DNA of 64,000 bases from an uncultured Bacillales bacterium (GTDB taxonomy: Bacteria; Bacillota_I; Bacilli_A; RF39; UBA660): contig CAMOID010000001.1 in assembly GCA_946615975.1 (NCBI GenBank), forward strand, positions 66,638-130,637. Reading direction: 5' to 3'. Positions 20,602 to 30,531 of this stretch are shown here, piece after piece. The position numbers were made by a program, and so were the translations under genes. Under the pieces are notes generated by a model. It was not told the DNA's origin and searched no databases. It saw only the letters and a program-made list of their open reading frames with translations. Position 1 is the stretch's first letter, and the number at the start of each line of letters is the position of its first letter.

Positions 20602-21351
20602 ATGTTATATGATACACATTGCCATTTATATAAAGAATATTATGATGATATAGAATCTATTATTGTTAAAGCAAAAGATAATGGTGTTGAAAAATATATA
20701 TCTAATGCTACTAATACAGAAACTTGTTATGAAATGTTAGAATTATCAAAGATGTATCCTGATATATATATTACTTTAGGAATACACCCTGAATGTATAG
20801 ATGATAATTTTGAAGAATTAAAAAAGATTGTATTAGATAATTTAGATAATGAAAAATTTATAGCTATTGGTGAGATTGGTTTAGATTATCATTATGATGG
20901 ATATGAAAAAGATAAACAAATAAGCTTATTTGAAAAACAATTAGAATTAGCAGAAGAAATAGATAAACCTGTAGTTATTCATTGCAGAGATGCATTTGAT
21001 GATATGATAGAAATATTGAAGAAACACAATAATAGAGGTGTTATTCATTGTTTTGATGGTACATTAGAACAATATAAAGAATATAAAAAGTTAGGTTATT
21101 ACATTGGAGTAGATGGTAATCTAACTTTTAAGAATAGTACTATAAGAGATGTTATTAAGGAAATTCCAATGGATAGAATATTATTGGAAACAGATAGTCC
21201 TTATTTAACACCAGAACCTTTAAGAGGTACTAAAAATAATCCTTCTAATATACGTATAATTGCAGAATATATTGCAAAACTTAAAAATATAGACATAAAT
21301 GACGTAAAAAAGTGTCAAAAAAGTGTCGTTTCAAAAGTTTTTGACTTTTAA
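20602..21351 (+). CDS. tatD: TatD-family metal-dependent DNase/hydrolase
   Basis: 'YDTHCHL', 'IGEIGLDYHY', 'VIHCRDAF', 'LLETDSPYL'. Confidence 0.9.
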   Translation: MLYDTHCHLYKEYYDDIESIIVKAKDNGVEKYISNATNTETCYEMLELSKMYPDIYITLGIHPECIDDNFEELKKIVLDNLDNEKFIAIGEIGLDYHYDGYEKDKQISLFEKQLELAEEIDKPVVIHCRDAFDDMIEILKKHNNRGVIHCFDGTLEQYKEYKKLGYYIGVDGNLTFKNSTIRDVIKEIPMDRILLETDSPYLTPEPLRGTKNNPSNIRIIAEYIAKLKNIDINDVKKCQKSVVSKVFDF

Positions 21352-21390
21352 ATACTTGCATCGTATAATATAAATAGAGGATGATGATAA

Positions 21391-21927
21391 ATGATTAAAG
21401 ATAGACTACACAAAGTATTTAAAGCAACACAAATCATTTTTATTATAGCTATTGTATTATGTGCTCAACAAGTTGGAATGAAGTCAGAAGATGGCAAAAT
21501 CTCTAACGTTAATGTTAATAAAACCTTAGATTTAAGTGCTATGGCATATAAATTAAATGAAATTAATATGCAAGATATATATTATCCATTAGATACATTA
21601 ACTGGTGATCTTACAGGTTATGCTGCTGATTGTCCTTTATGTGGTGGTACATTAGGATGTACTGGACAAAATGTATTAGATGGAACTACTACATATGATG
21701 ACAAAACATATGGTACTGTAGATATAGTTGCAAGTTCTAAATCACTTGCATGTGGTTCTATTATTACTTGGGAAATGAATGGTGAAAAGAGAACTGCTAT
21801 CGTATTAGACAGAGGCGTACTTGGTACTGATATTGATTTATTATCTCCAAGTGAAGAATATGCTTCTAAATATATTGGAAGAAGAAAAATTACATACGAT
21901 GTATTAAGAGTAGGATGGACTAGATAA
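21391..21927 (+). CDS. Membrane-anchored 3D-domain (YabE/MltA-like) cell-wall protein
   Basis: N-terminal TM segment. C-terminal 'TAIVLDRGVLGTDIDLL' resembles the 3D/DPBB motif. Occupies the yabE slot between tatD and rsmA. Confidence 0.6.
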   Translation: MIKDRLHKVFKATQIIFIIAIVLCAQQVGMKSEDGKISNVNVNKTLDLSAMAYKLNEINMQDIYYPLDTLTGDLTGYAADCPLCGGTLGCTGQNVLDGTTTYDDKTYGTVDIVASSKSLACGSIITWEMNGEKRTAIVLDRGVLGTDIDLLSPSEEYASKYIGRRKITYDVLRVGWTR

Positions 21928-21963
21928 TCCTACTTTTTTTATGTTATAATCTTACACGAAGAA

Positions 21964-22764
21964 GTGATTAATATGAAATTTAATTTTAAAAAGAAATTTG
22001 GACAAAACTTTTTAACTGATAATAATGTTATAGATATTATTGTTGGATTAATACCTGCTAAAGAAAATGATTTAATAATTGAAGTAGGTCCAGGAGCTGG
22101 TGCTCTTACTAAAAAGTTAAAAAAGTATAATGCTAATTTAATAGCATATGAAATTGATCAAGATACTAAAGATTATTTATTACCTTTAGAAGATGATAAA
22201 ACTAAAATAATATATGATGATTTCTTAAAAAGAGATATAAAGAATGATATTAAAGATATTAAATATGATACTTTATATATTATTGGAAATTTACCATATT
22301 ATATTACTACTCCAATTATTACTAATATTATTAATAGTGGTTTAGATGTTAAAAAAATAGTAATTATGATTCAAAAAGAAGTTGCAGATAGATTTAGTGC
22401 TAGACCTAATTCTAAAGAATATGGAAGTATAACTGTATTTTTAAATTATTTCTTTAATATTAGAAAAGAATTAATTGTTTCTAAAAAGAAATTTAATCCT
22501 ATGCCTAATGTAGATTCTGCTGTTATTAGTTTAAATAGAAGAGATAATTTAGAACATACTGATTTTGATAAATTTAATAAATTAGTTAGAGATTCATTCC
22601 AATTTAAACGTAAGAATTTACGTAATAATTTAAGAAGTTATGATTTAGATAAACTTGAAAATATATTGCAATCAATAGGCTTTACTTTAAATGATAGAGC
22701 TGAAACTTTAACATATGAAGATTTTGTATTTATTACTAATGAATACTTTGATATCAACAATTAG
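21964..22764 (+). CDS. rsmA: 16S rRNA (adenine1518/1519-N6)-dimethyltransferase
   Basis: 'FGQNFL', 'EVGPGAGALT', 'GNLPYYITTPI'. Start GTG 21964 or ATG 21973. Confidence 0.93.
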   Translation: MINMKFNFKKKFGQNFLTDNNVIDIIVGLIPAKENDLIIEVGPGAGALTKKLKKYNANLIAYEIDQDTKDYLLPLEDDKTKIIYDDFLKRDIKNDIKDIKYDTLYIIGNLPYYITTPIITNIINSGLDVKKIVIMIQKEVADRFSARPNSKEYGSITVFLNYFFNIRKELIVSKKKFNPMPNVDSAVISLNRRDNLEHTDFDKFNKLVRDSFQFKRKNLRNNLRSYDLDKLENILQSIGFTLNDRAETLTYEDFVFITNEYFDINN

Positions 22765-22840
22765 AAAAAAATTATTGTAATTGAATAAAGTCTGTATTAT
22801 AATTTATTTAGAATAGGATTATAGTAGAGAGGTGTACACG

Positions 22841-23128
22841 ATGGAAATTACTAATGTAAGAGTTCGCGTAGTTGAGAAAGAAAATTCAAAAATGAGAGGA
22901 TTTGCTTCAGTTACAATTGATGATCAATTTGTAGTTCATGATATTAGAATCCTTGAAGGCGATAATGGTTTATTTTTAGCAATGCCTTCTAAGCAAATTG
23001 CTCCAGGAGAATATAGAGATATCGCTCATCCAATCAACGCAGAAGCTCGTAAGATATTTTCTGATGCTATCTTAGCTGAATATGAGAATGAGTTAAAGAA
23101 AGATAATGCTGATACTGAAGAAGAATAA
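22841..23128 (+). CDS. spoVG: Regulatory protein SpoVG (ATG 22841 preferred over the upstream GTG of the ORF track)
   Basis: 'MEITNVRVRVV...GFASVTIDDQFVVHDIRILEG..GLFLAMPS...DIAHPIN'. Confidence 0.93.
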   Translation: MEITNVRVRVVEKENSKMRGFASVTIDDQFVVHDIRILEGDNGLFLAMPSKQIAPGEYRDIAHPINAEARKIFSDAILAEYENELKKDNADTEEE

Positions 23129-23237
23129 TTAGACCAACGTAAAGTTGGTTTTTTTATTTGTATAATATGCGTAAATTTATTTTATTTTTACATTTATATA
23201 AATTTTGTATAGATTTTCTATGTTAAAATTTATGTAG

Positions 23238-23540
23238 GTGAATATGCATATGAAGAAGAAGAGGTTAAGATTTTTAGTATATTGCGCTGTTATAATTACA
23301 ATCTTTTTTGTAACCTTTTTATCATGTGCGCCTGATTTAATAAAAATACATAATACTAAAAAAGAGATTAGTGAATTAAAAGAAAAATATAATAAGTTAT
23401 TAACTGAAGAAGATAAGTTAAGTGAAGATGTTATAAAATTACAAGATTCTGAGTATGCTGCAAAGTATGCTAGAGAAAAATACTTATATACAAAAGATGG
23501 AGAATTAATTATTGATTTAAGTAAAAATGAAGAGGATTAA
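23238..23540 (+). CDS. divIC: Septum formation initiator (FtsB/DivIC family)
   Basis: N-terminal TM segment followed by the coiled coil 'ELKEKYNKLLTEEDKLSEDVIKLQD..YAAKYAREKY'. Confidence 0.65.
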   Translation: MNMHMKKKRLRFLVYCAVIITIFFVTFLSCAPDLIKIHNTKKEISELKEKYNKLLTEEDKLSEDVIKLQDSEYAAKYAREKYLYTKDGELIIDLSKNEED

Positions 23541-23590
23541 TAATCCTTTTTATTTGCTAAAAAGAGAGTATTGTTGTATATTTTATGTAC

Positions 23591-23948
23591 GGGGTCGTTT
23601 TCTGGTTTCGACAGATTACAGTCCGGATTTAGTTGCAAGCGGAAGGTGATTGCCTTAAATCACACAGTTTAAATTAACTGACAATAATTTTAATTTTGCT
23701 CCAGTATACGCTTAATAACTAGCGTGGAGTGCTGATAGTTTAATCTTCTACAGTTAATCTATTGGTTCATATATGTAGAATATATCAAATGATTGTTTAC
23801 TCAAGATCAAATGATGAATATTTATTGAGTAACGCTAGTATTAGTTTGTTAGACGCTTTTTTACTAGTGTATTTGAGTTCTAACTAAGCTTGTAGATGCT
23901 ACTTCTTGAGTAATTTGGACGCGAGTTCGAATCTCGCCGACTCCACCA
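23591..23948 (+). ncRNA. ssrA: Transfer-messenger RNA
   Basis: 5' 'GGGGTCGTTTTCTGGTTTCGACAG', 3' 'GGACGCGAGTTCGAATCTCGCCGACTCCACCA'. Candidate tag ORF 23680-23712 reads DNNFNFAPVYA, followed by a TAA TAA double stop. Confidence 0.9.
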
Positions 23949-24014
23949 TGGAAAATTCAATTGAACTGTAGTTCAATTTAATATAAAAAAGACGAAAATT
24001 AATTCGTCTTTTTT

Positions 24015-25271
24015 TTATAAATTCTTTGCAAAATTTGCTAATGAAACTCCATTATTAACTCTTATTCTTGGTAATTCTAGTTTATCCATTCCAGGTCTTA
24101 CTTTACCAAATTGAGTTGTGAATCCTAAAACGAAACCTGCATCTTTAGTTATTGTTTTAACATTTTGATTAACATCTCCAAATGGATAAGCAACTGTATA
24201 TACTTTATTTACTTGTTCTAGATCTGTTTTAGATTTGGTCATATCTTGTACACCTGCATCATGTGATATGCAATTAAATAATCCACCATGGTTTTCAGGA
24301 CATCCACCTTTATGCATGTCATATGTGTGTGATTGGAAATCAATTCCTTTGTCTTTATATGTTGATGCTATCCAATCTCCATGTGTCCATGAACTTACAA
24401 TAAATGATGTACATCTAATATTGTATTTTTGACATATAGGAATTGCTAATTCAAAGAACGATGGATTACCATCATCAGCTGTTACTATAACTGATTTTTC
24501 TGGTAATGTTGTTTTACCATCGACATATTCTATAAGTTCTTCCCATGTTGGTTGATAATAATTATTATCTTGTAAGTATTTCATTTGTTCTTCAAATAAA
24601 TGAATTTCCATCCAGTTTCCATCATTTTTATTTTCTTTATTTTTATCATAGAAGAAATGATACATTAAAACAGGTATTCCTGATGTATTATTTGTTTTAG
24701 GTTTTTCTAATACTTCAATAGTTCTAGTAGTGGATACCTTATTACCTGATGAATCTTCTACTTCATATATAATTGTATACGTACCAGCTTTGTTAATATC
24801 TAATGAATTATTAACATTAACTTTATCTGTTAAATCACCATCATATTCATCATATGCTTTATAACCTGGTTCTTTATATTGATTTCCTGTATATAGTTTT
24901 ATATTTGTATTTCCAGTTAATTCAATAGTAGGTTCTATTTTATCTACTATTTCAATTGTTCTTGTTATTGATGAAGATACAAAAGAATATTTGGCTTCAT
25001 ATTTTATTTCATATTTTCCTACTTTTGTTGTATCTACTTCTCCAGATATATTTATATCTTTTATATCTTTAAATAAATATTTAGCTTTAGCACCTTGTTC
25101 TTCATATGGATCATTGTAATTTAAAGTAATATAGTTTTCTCCATTTAATGTTATATTAACTCTACCTAATGTTAAGAATAAAACTATTCCAATTGTTAAT
25201 AAAATTATAATTATTAACAAAATAATTATAGGTAATTTTAACTTTCTTTTTTTCTTTTCCATATAACTCAT
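24015..25271 (-). CDS. Membrane-anchored polysaccharide deacetylase with Ig-like (DUF5011-type) repeats
   Basis: TM anchor. Two 'Y.EPGY.A.D..DGDLT.KV' Ig-like repeats. NodB-type 'VIVTADDGNPS' and 'QSHTYDMH'. Confidence 0.8.
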   Translation of the reverse strand: MSYMEKKKRKLKLPIIILLIIIILLTIGIVLFLTLGRVNITLNGENYITLNYNDPYEEQGAKAKYLFKDIKDINISGEVDTTKVGKYEIKYEAKYSFVSSSITRTIEIVDKIEPTIELTGNTNIKLYTGNQYKEPGYKAYDEYDGDLTDKVNVNNSLDINKAGTYTIIYEVEDSSGNKVSTTRTIEVLEKPKTNNTSGIPVLMYHFFYDKNKENKNDGNWMEIHLFEEQMKYLQDNNYYQPTWEELIEYVDGKTTLPEKSVIVTADDGNPSFFELAIPICQKYNIRCTSFIVSSWTHGDWIASTYKDKGIDFQSHTYDMHKGGCPENHGGLFNCISHDAGVQDMTKSKTDLEQVNKVYTVAYPFGDVNQNVKTITKDAGFVLGFTTQFGKVRPGMDKLELPRIRVNNGVSLANFAKNL

Positions 25272-25408
25272 ATCCTTTTCTTTAACATTGTATAAAAAAT
25301 ATAATAAAAAGTAAATAATAGTACTAATTTCTATTATTGTTAAAAATATATAATATGTAATTTTAACAATGCTTTTTTTATTAAATAAATATGATATAAT
25401 TATTATAG

Positions 25409-25696
25409 GTGAATAATATGAAACATAAGGTAGCTAAAATTATTTTTATTATTTCTTTTTTACCAATTATGTTTTGTTTTGTTGCTGGTATAGTATGTGC
25501 TTTTAGAGGATATTCTTATACTGCTATTTTAGGTGATATTCCAACAACAGTATATGGTTTAAAAGCTTTTTGGGAAGTATTTATTACAGATTTAGTTGCA
25601 ATGATATTTTTAGGTATTATACCTGTTTGTATGGTATATCAATTAGTATATTTAATTATTGATTTCAAAAATAGAAATGATGAAGTAGATTTATAG
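25409..25696 (+). CDS. Small three-TM membrane protein, unknown function
   Basis: The ORF has three hydrophobic segments and is tightly followed by the next gene. Confidence 0.5.
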   Translation: MNNMKHKVAKIIFIISFLPIMFCFVAGIVCAFRGYSYTAILGDIPTTVYGLKAFWEVFITDLVAMIFLGIIPVCMVYQLVYLIIDFKNRNDEVDL

Positions 25697-25704
25697 GAGG
25701 AATT

Positions 25705-26907
25705 ATGAATAAGATAGATGAATGGACTAATACTTTTGAAGCTAATTTAAGAGCAATTAGATCAAAGATAAAAATATATTATAGTGAATTAAATGAATAT
25801 GAATTAATGATTCCTTCAGATAGATTTCGTCATAAAGATAGAATTATCGAATTAAGAAGTATGATAGATTATTATGAAGATATTATATCTAAATATGAAG
25901 ATGAATCTATTAAATTACAAGATGAAATATTAGGTGATGTTTATATCAGTGGTGAAGTTAAATCAAATGAAGTTGTTGAAACTGAATTTGGTGATTTCCC
26001 AGTTGTATACAATAAGAGCAAAGAAGAATTAATTGATGAATACTATGAAATAATTCAAAATTTAAATCAATTAAAAAGAACAGATAAATCTAATTTAAAT
26101 ACATATAAAGCATTAGCAGAACAATATTATTTTAAATATGCTTTATTAATTGAAAGAGCACCATTTGTAAGAGAAGGTGTTATTCAAAATGATTCTTTAT
26201 CTGTAGAAAAAGAAGATTATCAATTATATGTTAACCAATATAATTTATTAAAGAGATTAGTAATTAACTTAGATGAGAAGATAGAAGAATTAAATAGTAG
26301 AGTTCATTTATTAGAAAATCAATATATGAATTTTTCTAATAGAAATAGTATAGAAAAGAATAAAATTAAAGTTGAGATAGCTGATATAAAATGTGATATA
26401 GCTGCTATGAAAGCTGAAAAGAATAAATATGAAATGTTATCTGAACAAGCATTAATTAAACTACAAACAGCTAAAGGTGTTATTAAAAAAGATTATTGTG
26501 CTTATTTAATAGCTAAATTAGATGCTGATGATAGAGTTAATCGCGAATTATCTAATATAGAAGTATTTAAATATGAAATAGAGAAAAATGATGCGGAATT
26601 AAGATTGGATGCTTTAAGTGAAAATTCTGATGAAGCTAAAAGACAACAATTATTGAAAACTGGTGCTTCTCTTGAAAAGATGAGAGAAGATGCATTTGCT
26701 GATTTATCTAAAGCAAGAAAGAAAAGATTAAAACAAGAAATATTACATGCATATAATGTTGGTTCTATTGCAAAAGAAGAAAAAGAAAATAGATTACATC
26801 AATTAGAATCATATATAGTTATTAATGAAGCTGTTGAAAAAGAAGTAAGTTTATATTTAACAGAAGATAATTCAACTCCAAATGTTGAATCTAGTGTTAA
26901 AAGATAA
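25705..26907 (+). CDS. Coiled-coil protein, unknown function
   Basis: 400 aa, heptad-rich and E/K/L/N-rich. RBS 'aggagg' at 25695. No recognisable catalytic motif. Confidence 0.55.
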   Translation: MNKIDEWTNTFEANLRAIRSKIKIYYSELNEYELMIPSDRFRHKDRIIELRSMIDYYEDIISKYEDESIKLQDEILGDVYISGEVKSNEVVETEFGDFPVVYNKSKEELIDEYYEIIQNLNQLKRTDKSNLNTYKALAEQYYFKYALLIERAPFVREGVIQNDSLSVEKEDYQLYVNQYNLLKRLVINLDEKIEELNSRVHLLENQYMNFSNRNSIEKNKIKVEIADIKCDIAAMKAEKNKYEMLSEQALIKLQTAKGVIKKDYCAYLIAKLDADDRVNRELSNIEVFKYEIEKNDAELRLDALSENSDEAKRQQLLKTGASLEKMREDAFADLSKARKKRLKQEILHAYNVGSIAKEEKENRLHQLESYIVINEAVEKEVSLYLTEDNSTPNVESSVKR

Positions 26908-26962
26908 GTATTTATACTTATCTTTTTTTATGCTAAAATATAGTTAGAATAGAGGGATATTC

Positions 26963-28450
26963 ATGGAAATAGTATTAAGTAGAAAAAATATGAATAAATG
27001 TGAAAACTTAGCATTACAAAATGGTGTTAGTTTAGAGAAAACTATAAGAGATAGTGCTAAAGGTGTTTTTGATGCTTATGCATTTAAATCTAGAGTTGCT
27101 ATTGTATGTGGAAATTCTAATAATGCTGCTATTGGATATGCTCTTGCTAGTTTATTAAAAGATAATAAGATTGGTGTTACTATCTTTTTAGTAGAAGAAA
27201 AATTTAGTAAGATTGGTAAAACTCTATTTGATGAATGTATAAATAAAAAAATACCTTATCATCTAATTGAAAAGGGTACTAACTTTGGCAGTTATTCATG
27301 TATAGTTGATGCTATATATGGTATTAATTTTAATGGAGATTTAAAAGATTTAGAATTAAAAATAGTTAATAAAATAAATGCATCTAAAAAGAAAGTTATT
27401 TCTATTGATATACCATCTGGTTTAAATGCAGATAATGGTATATGTTCTAATGCTGTTCATTCATATTTAACAGTAGCATTAAGTTCATATAAAATAGGAC
27501 ATTTCTTACATGATGCTAAAGATTATATTGAACATTTAACATGTGCTCCATTAGGATATCCTATTTTAGATGATAGTATTAAATTATATGAAGAAAAAGA
27601 TGTTAAAAAATTATTAGGTAAAAGATCTAATAATTCTGATAAAGGTGATTTTGGATATGTTTCTATCATGGGTGGAAGTGTAGAATATTCAGGATCTGTT
27701 AAATTAGCTTCTATGGGATTAAGTGCTTTATTATCAGGATGTGGAGTATCTAGAATATGTGTTCCTGAACCTATAGCTATTGGTTTAATACCTTATGTAT
27801 TAGAAAGCACAATATTTCCTATGCCATCTAAAGATGGAAAAATTAGATTTGATAAAGAATATATGTTAAGTGCTTTAGATAAAACTAAAGCATTACTAGT
27901 TGGAATAGGATGGGGTAAATCTCCTGAATATAATAAGATTGTTAAATGGTTATTAAGAAATTATAATAAACCAATTATATTTGATGCTGATGGTATTAAT
28001 ACATTAGCTAATATGGATCTAAATGAATTAAAAGGAGCTCAAGGAAAGATTATTATTACTCCTCATGTTAAAGAATTCTCTAGAATTAGTAAAATTAGAG
28101 AAAAAGATATTATGAATGATCCAATTAAAAAAGTAAAAGACTTTGCTAAAAAATATAATATTATAGTTTTATTAAAAGGGCCTACTACTGTTATAAGTGA
28201 TGGTGAAAAAGTATTACTTGTTAACAAAGGTGTTCCAGGAATGGCAACAGCTGGATCTGGAGATATATTAGCTGGTATATTAGTTGGATTACTTGGATAT
28301 AATAAACCTGATATTAATACTGTTGCTGCTGGTGCATATATTAATGGATATGCTGGTGAAATAGCTCAAGGTAAATCTAATTCATTTAGTATGATAGCTA
28401 GAAATACAGTAAAGTGTATTCCTGATGCAATTACTAAAATAACAAAATAA
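26963..28450 (+). CDS. nnr: Bifunctional NAD(P)H-hydrate repair enzyme (epimerase/ADP-dependent dehydratase)
   Basis: YjeF-N domain plus C-terminal kinase fold 'GPTTVISDG' and 'ATAGSGDILAGILVGLLG'. Confidence 0.88.
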   Translation: MEIVLSRKNMNKCENLALQNGVSLEKTIRDSAKGVFDAYAFKSRVAIVCGNSNNAAIGYALASLLKDNKIGVTIFLVEEKFSKIGKTLFDECINKKIPYHLIEKGTNFGSYSCIVDAIYGINFNGDLKDLELKIVNKINASKKKVISIDIPSGLNADNGICSNAVHSYLTVALSSYKIGHFLHDAKDYIEHLTCAPLGYPILDDSIKLYEEKDVKKLLGKRSNNSDKGDFGYVSIMGGSVEYSGSVKLASMGLSALLSGCGVSRICVPEPIAIGLIPYVLESTIFPMPSKDGKIRFDKEYMLSALDKTKALLVGIGWGKSPEYNKIVKWLLRNYNKPIIFDADGINTLANMDLNELKGAQGKIIITPHVKEFSRISKIREKDIMNDPIKKVKDFAKKYNIIVLLKGPTTVISDGEKVLLVNKGVPGMATAGSGDILAGILVGLLGYNKPDINTVAAGAYINGYAGEIAQGKSNSFSMIARNTVKCIPDAITKITK

Positions 28451-28476
28451 AAGAAGGATTTAATCCTTCTTTTTTG

Positions 28477-30207
28477 TTACATTTTATTAACTTCATCAAT
28501 TGCTAATATATTAAGTAAATTACTTAATGTATTATAAACTAATTTAGATAATGCTATATATGTATTTTTATATTCTTCATTAGTTTCATTTGAGATATTG
28601 TGATCTCCATAGAACTTATTAAATAATGAAGATAATTCATATATAAAATCACATATATAATTTAATGAAGCATCTTGATAACTTGCTGTTAAAGATTTTG
28701 GTAATTCAGTTAATTTAACTAATATATCTCTTACTTCTTGATTTGGAATGTTAGTAAGTGATGTGTTTTCAACATTAACTTTATTTAATAATGATTTAAT
28801 TCTTGTTGTTGTATATACTGCATATATTCCTGTTTTACCAACAAATTCAGTAAATTTTTCTACATCAAATATATAATCTGTTCTTCTTTGTGGAGTAAGA
28901 TCTGAATATTTTAATGTTGCTAATGTTAATTTATCAGCTATATCTCTTCTTTCTTCTCCAGTAATCTCTTCTTTAATCTTAGGTTCTATTTCATCATGTA
29001 CTAATTTAATTAAACCTTTTAGTGACATTACACCACCATCACGAGTTTTAAATGGTTTTCCATCTTTTCCGTTTATTGTACCGAATCCACAGAATCTTAA
29101 TACTGTATCGTCGTTAACAATTCCAGCTTTTTTAACACCTCTGAATGCTTGTTCAAAGTGTAATGATTGTCTTTCATCAGTGAAATACCATATTTCATCT
29201 GGATTCCAATCTTTCATTCTTTGATATATAGTAGCTAATTCAGTTGTATCATATAGAATAGCTCCATCTGATTTAACTAACATTAGTGGTGGCATTTCTT
29301 TGTTATCTGTTTCTTCTTTAACATGCATGATTAATGCACCATCAGATTCTTCAGCTAAACCTTTTTCTTTTAATATATTTAATACATCATTAACATAAGG
29401 AGCAGCGTTTGATTCACCGTATGAATAATCAAATTTACAATTTAAATAATCATATATTTTTTCAGCATCTTTTTCAGATGTATTAACAATATGTTTCCAT
29501 AAAGCTAAAAGTCCTTTATCACCATTTTGTAATCTTTCAGTTATTGCTTTAGCTTCTTCAGCGTATTGTTCATCTTCTTTTTTCTTTAAAGATGCTCTTG
29601 GATATATAACTCCTAATTCTTCATTTGTTACTGGTGATTCAGTTGGATATTCTCCATCAAAGTTTGGATCAAAATAAGGTAATTCAGGATACATTTCTTG
29701 AATTTCTCTTATAACTAATCCCATTGGTGTTCCCCAGTCACCCCAGTGTACATCTGATATTGTTTCATCACCAAATACATTTAATAATCTTCTTACAGCT
29801 TCACCAATATTACATCTAAAATGACCAACATGCATTTCTTTAGCAATATTAGCACCACCGTAATCTAATACTATTTTTCTTTTCTTTTCATTTTTATCTA
29901 CATAGTTATCGAAGTTATTCATTGATTCATTTGCATCTTTTAATAATGTTTCATCACTTATACTAATATTAATAAATCCAGGTCCTTGAATATTAACATT
30001 AGTAAATCTATTATCAAATTTATCTACTATTTCTTGTGCAATTTCTCTTGGATTCTTTCCTGCTTGTTTTGCAAGAGACATAGCTGCATTAATTTGATAA
30101 TCTCCAAATTCTTTCATTTTAGATTTCTCGATTTTTACATCTGTTTCATATCCTAAATCTTTAATAACTTCATTAACATATTGTTCTAAATCTTTAATTA
30201 AGCTCAT
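28477..30207 (-). CDS. argS: Arginyl-tRNA synthetase (ATG at 30207; the ORF-track GTG at 30216 lies inside the RBS gggtga)
   Basis: 'ANIAKEMHVGHFR' HIGH-type motif, Arg-tRNA-synthetase N-terminal domain, C-terminal DALR anticodon-binding region. Confidence 0.93.
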   Translation of the reverse strand: MSLIKDLEQYVNEVIKDLGYETDVKIEKSKMKEFGDYQINAAMSLAKQAGKNPREIAQEIVDKFDNRFTNVNIQGPGFINISISDETLLKDANESMNNFDNYVDKNEKKRKIVLDYGGANIAKEMHVGHFRCNIGEAVRRLLNVFGDETISDVHWGDWGTPMGLVIREIQEMYPELPYFDPNFDGEYPTESPVTNEELGVIYPRASLKKKEDEQYAEEAKAITERLQNGDKGLLALWKHIVNTSEKDAEKIYDYLNCKFDYSYGESNAAPYVNDVLNILKEKGLAEESDGALIMHVKEETDNKEMPPLMLVKSDGAILYDTTELATIYQRMKDWNPDEIWYFTDERQSLHFEQAFRGVKKAGIVNDDTVLRFCGFGTINGKDGKPFKTRDGGVMSLKGLIKLVHDEIEPKIKEEITGEERRDIADKLTLATLKYSDLTPQRRTDYIFDVEKFTEFVGKTGIYAVYTTTRIKSLLNKVNVENTSLTNIPNQEVRDILVKLTELPKSLTASYQDASLNYICDFIYELSSLFNKFYGDHNISNETNEEYKNTYIALSKLVYNTLSNLLNILAIDEVNKM

Positions 30208-30227
30208 TATTATCACCCTTTTTTAAT

Positions 30228-30425
30228 TAAAAAAATCCTATAATATAAGGACGACTATATCGTGGTACCACCTTATTTCATAGGATTATCTATCTCTTAT
30301 CTTTATAGCAGATCTGCTTTTAAACTCCAAGGTGCGTTCATAAAACATAATATGGATCTCTCACCAACCGATACCTCACTGTATATTATTGGTTTTACTA
30401 ATATTCCTCTTCTTCGTTTAAGTTG
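30228..30425 (-). promoter_or_regulatory. T-box leader (Arg specifier) controlling argS
   Basis: The minus strand reads 'GGTGAGAG', 'GAA-CGC-A' (the codon is gcg on the + strand at 30334-30336), T-box 'AAATAAGGTGGTACCACG', and a terminator aatcctat../..ataggatt plus a T-run. Confidence 0.85.
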
Positions 30426-30430
30426 TTTAG

Positions 30431-30459
30431 ATTATAATATTTTAAATATGTTTTGTCAA
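30431..30459 (-). promoter_or_regulatory. Consensus sigma-A promoter TTGACA-N17-TATAAT for the argS leader
   Basis: The minus strand reads ttgaca (30454-30459), a 17-nt spacer, then tataat (30431-30436). Confidence 0.75.
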
Positions 30460-30531
30460 TTAGTTATATAGGTGTTTTTATTGATATTTACTGGTCTTTG
30501 TAATAAAATAATTGTATAGGGAGGACTAATA

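Noticed and set aside
30262-30471. 69-aa ORF on the + strand in the ORF track
   Set aside because: It is the antisense of the argS T-box leader and promoter. 'cgtggtaccacctta' is the reverse complement of the T-box motif, and there is no RBS.
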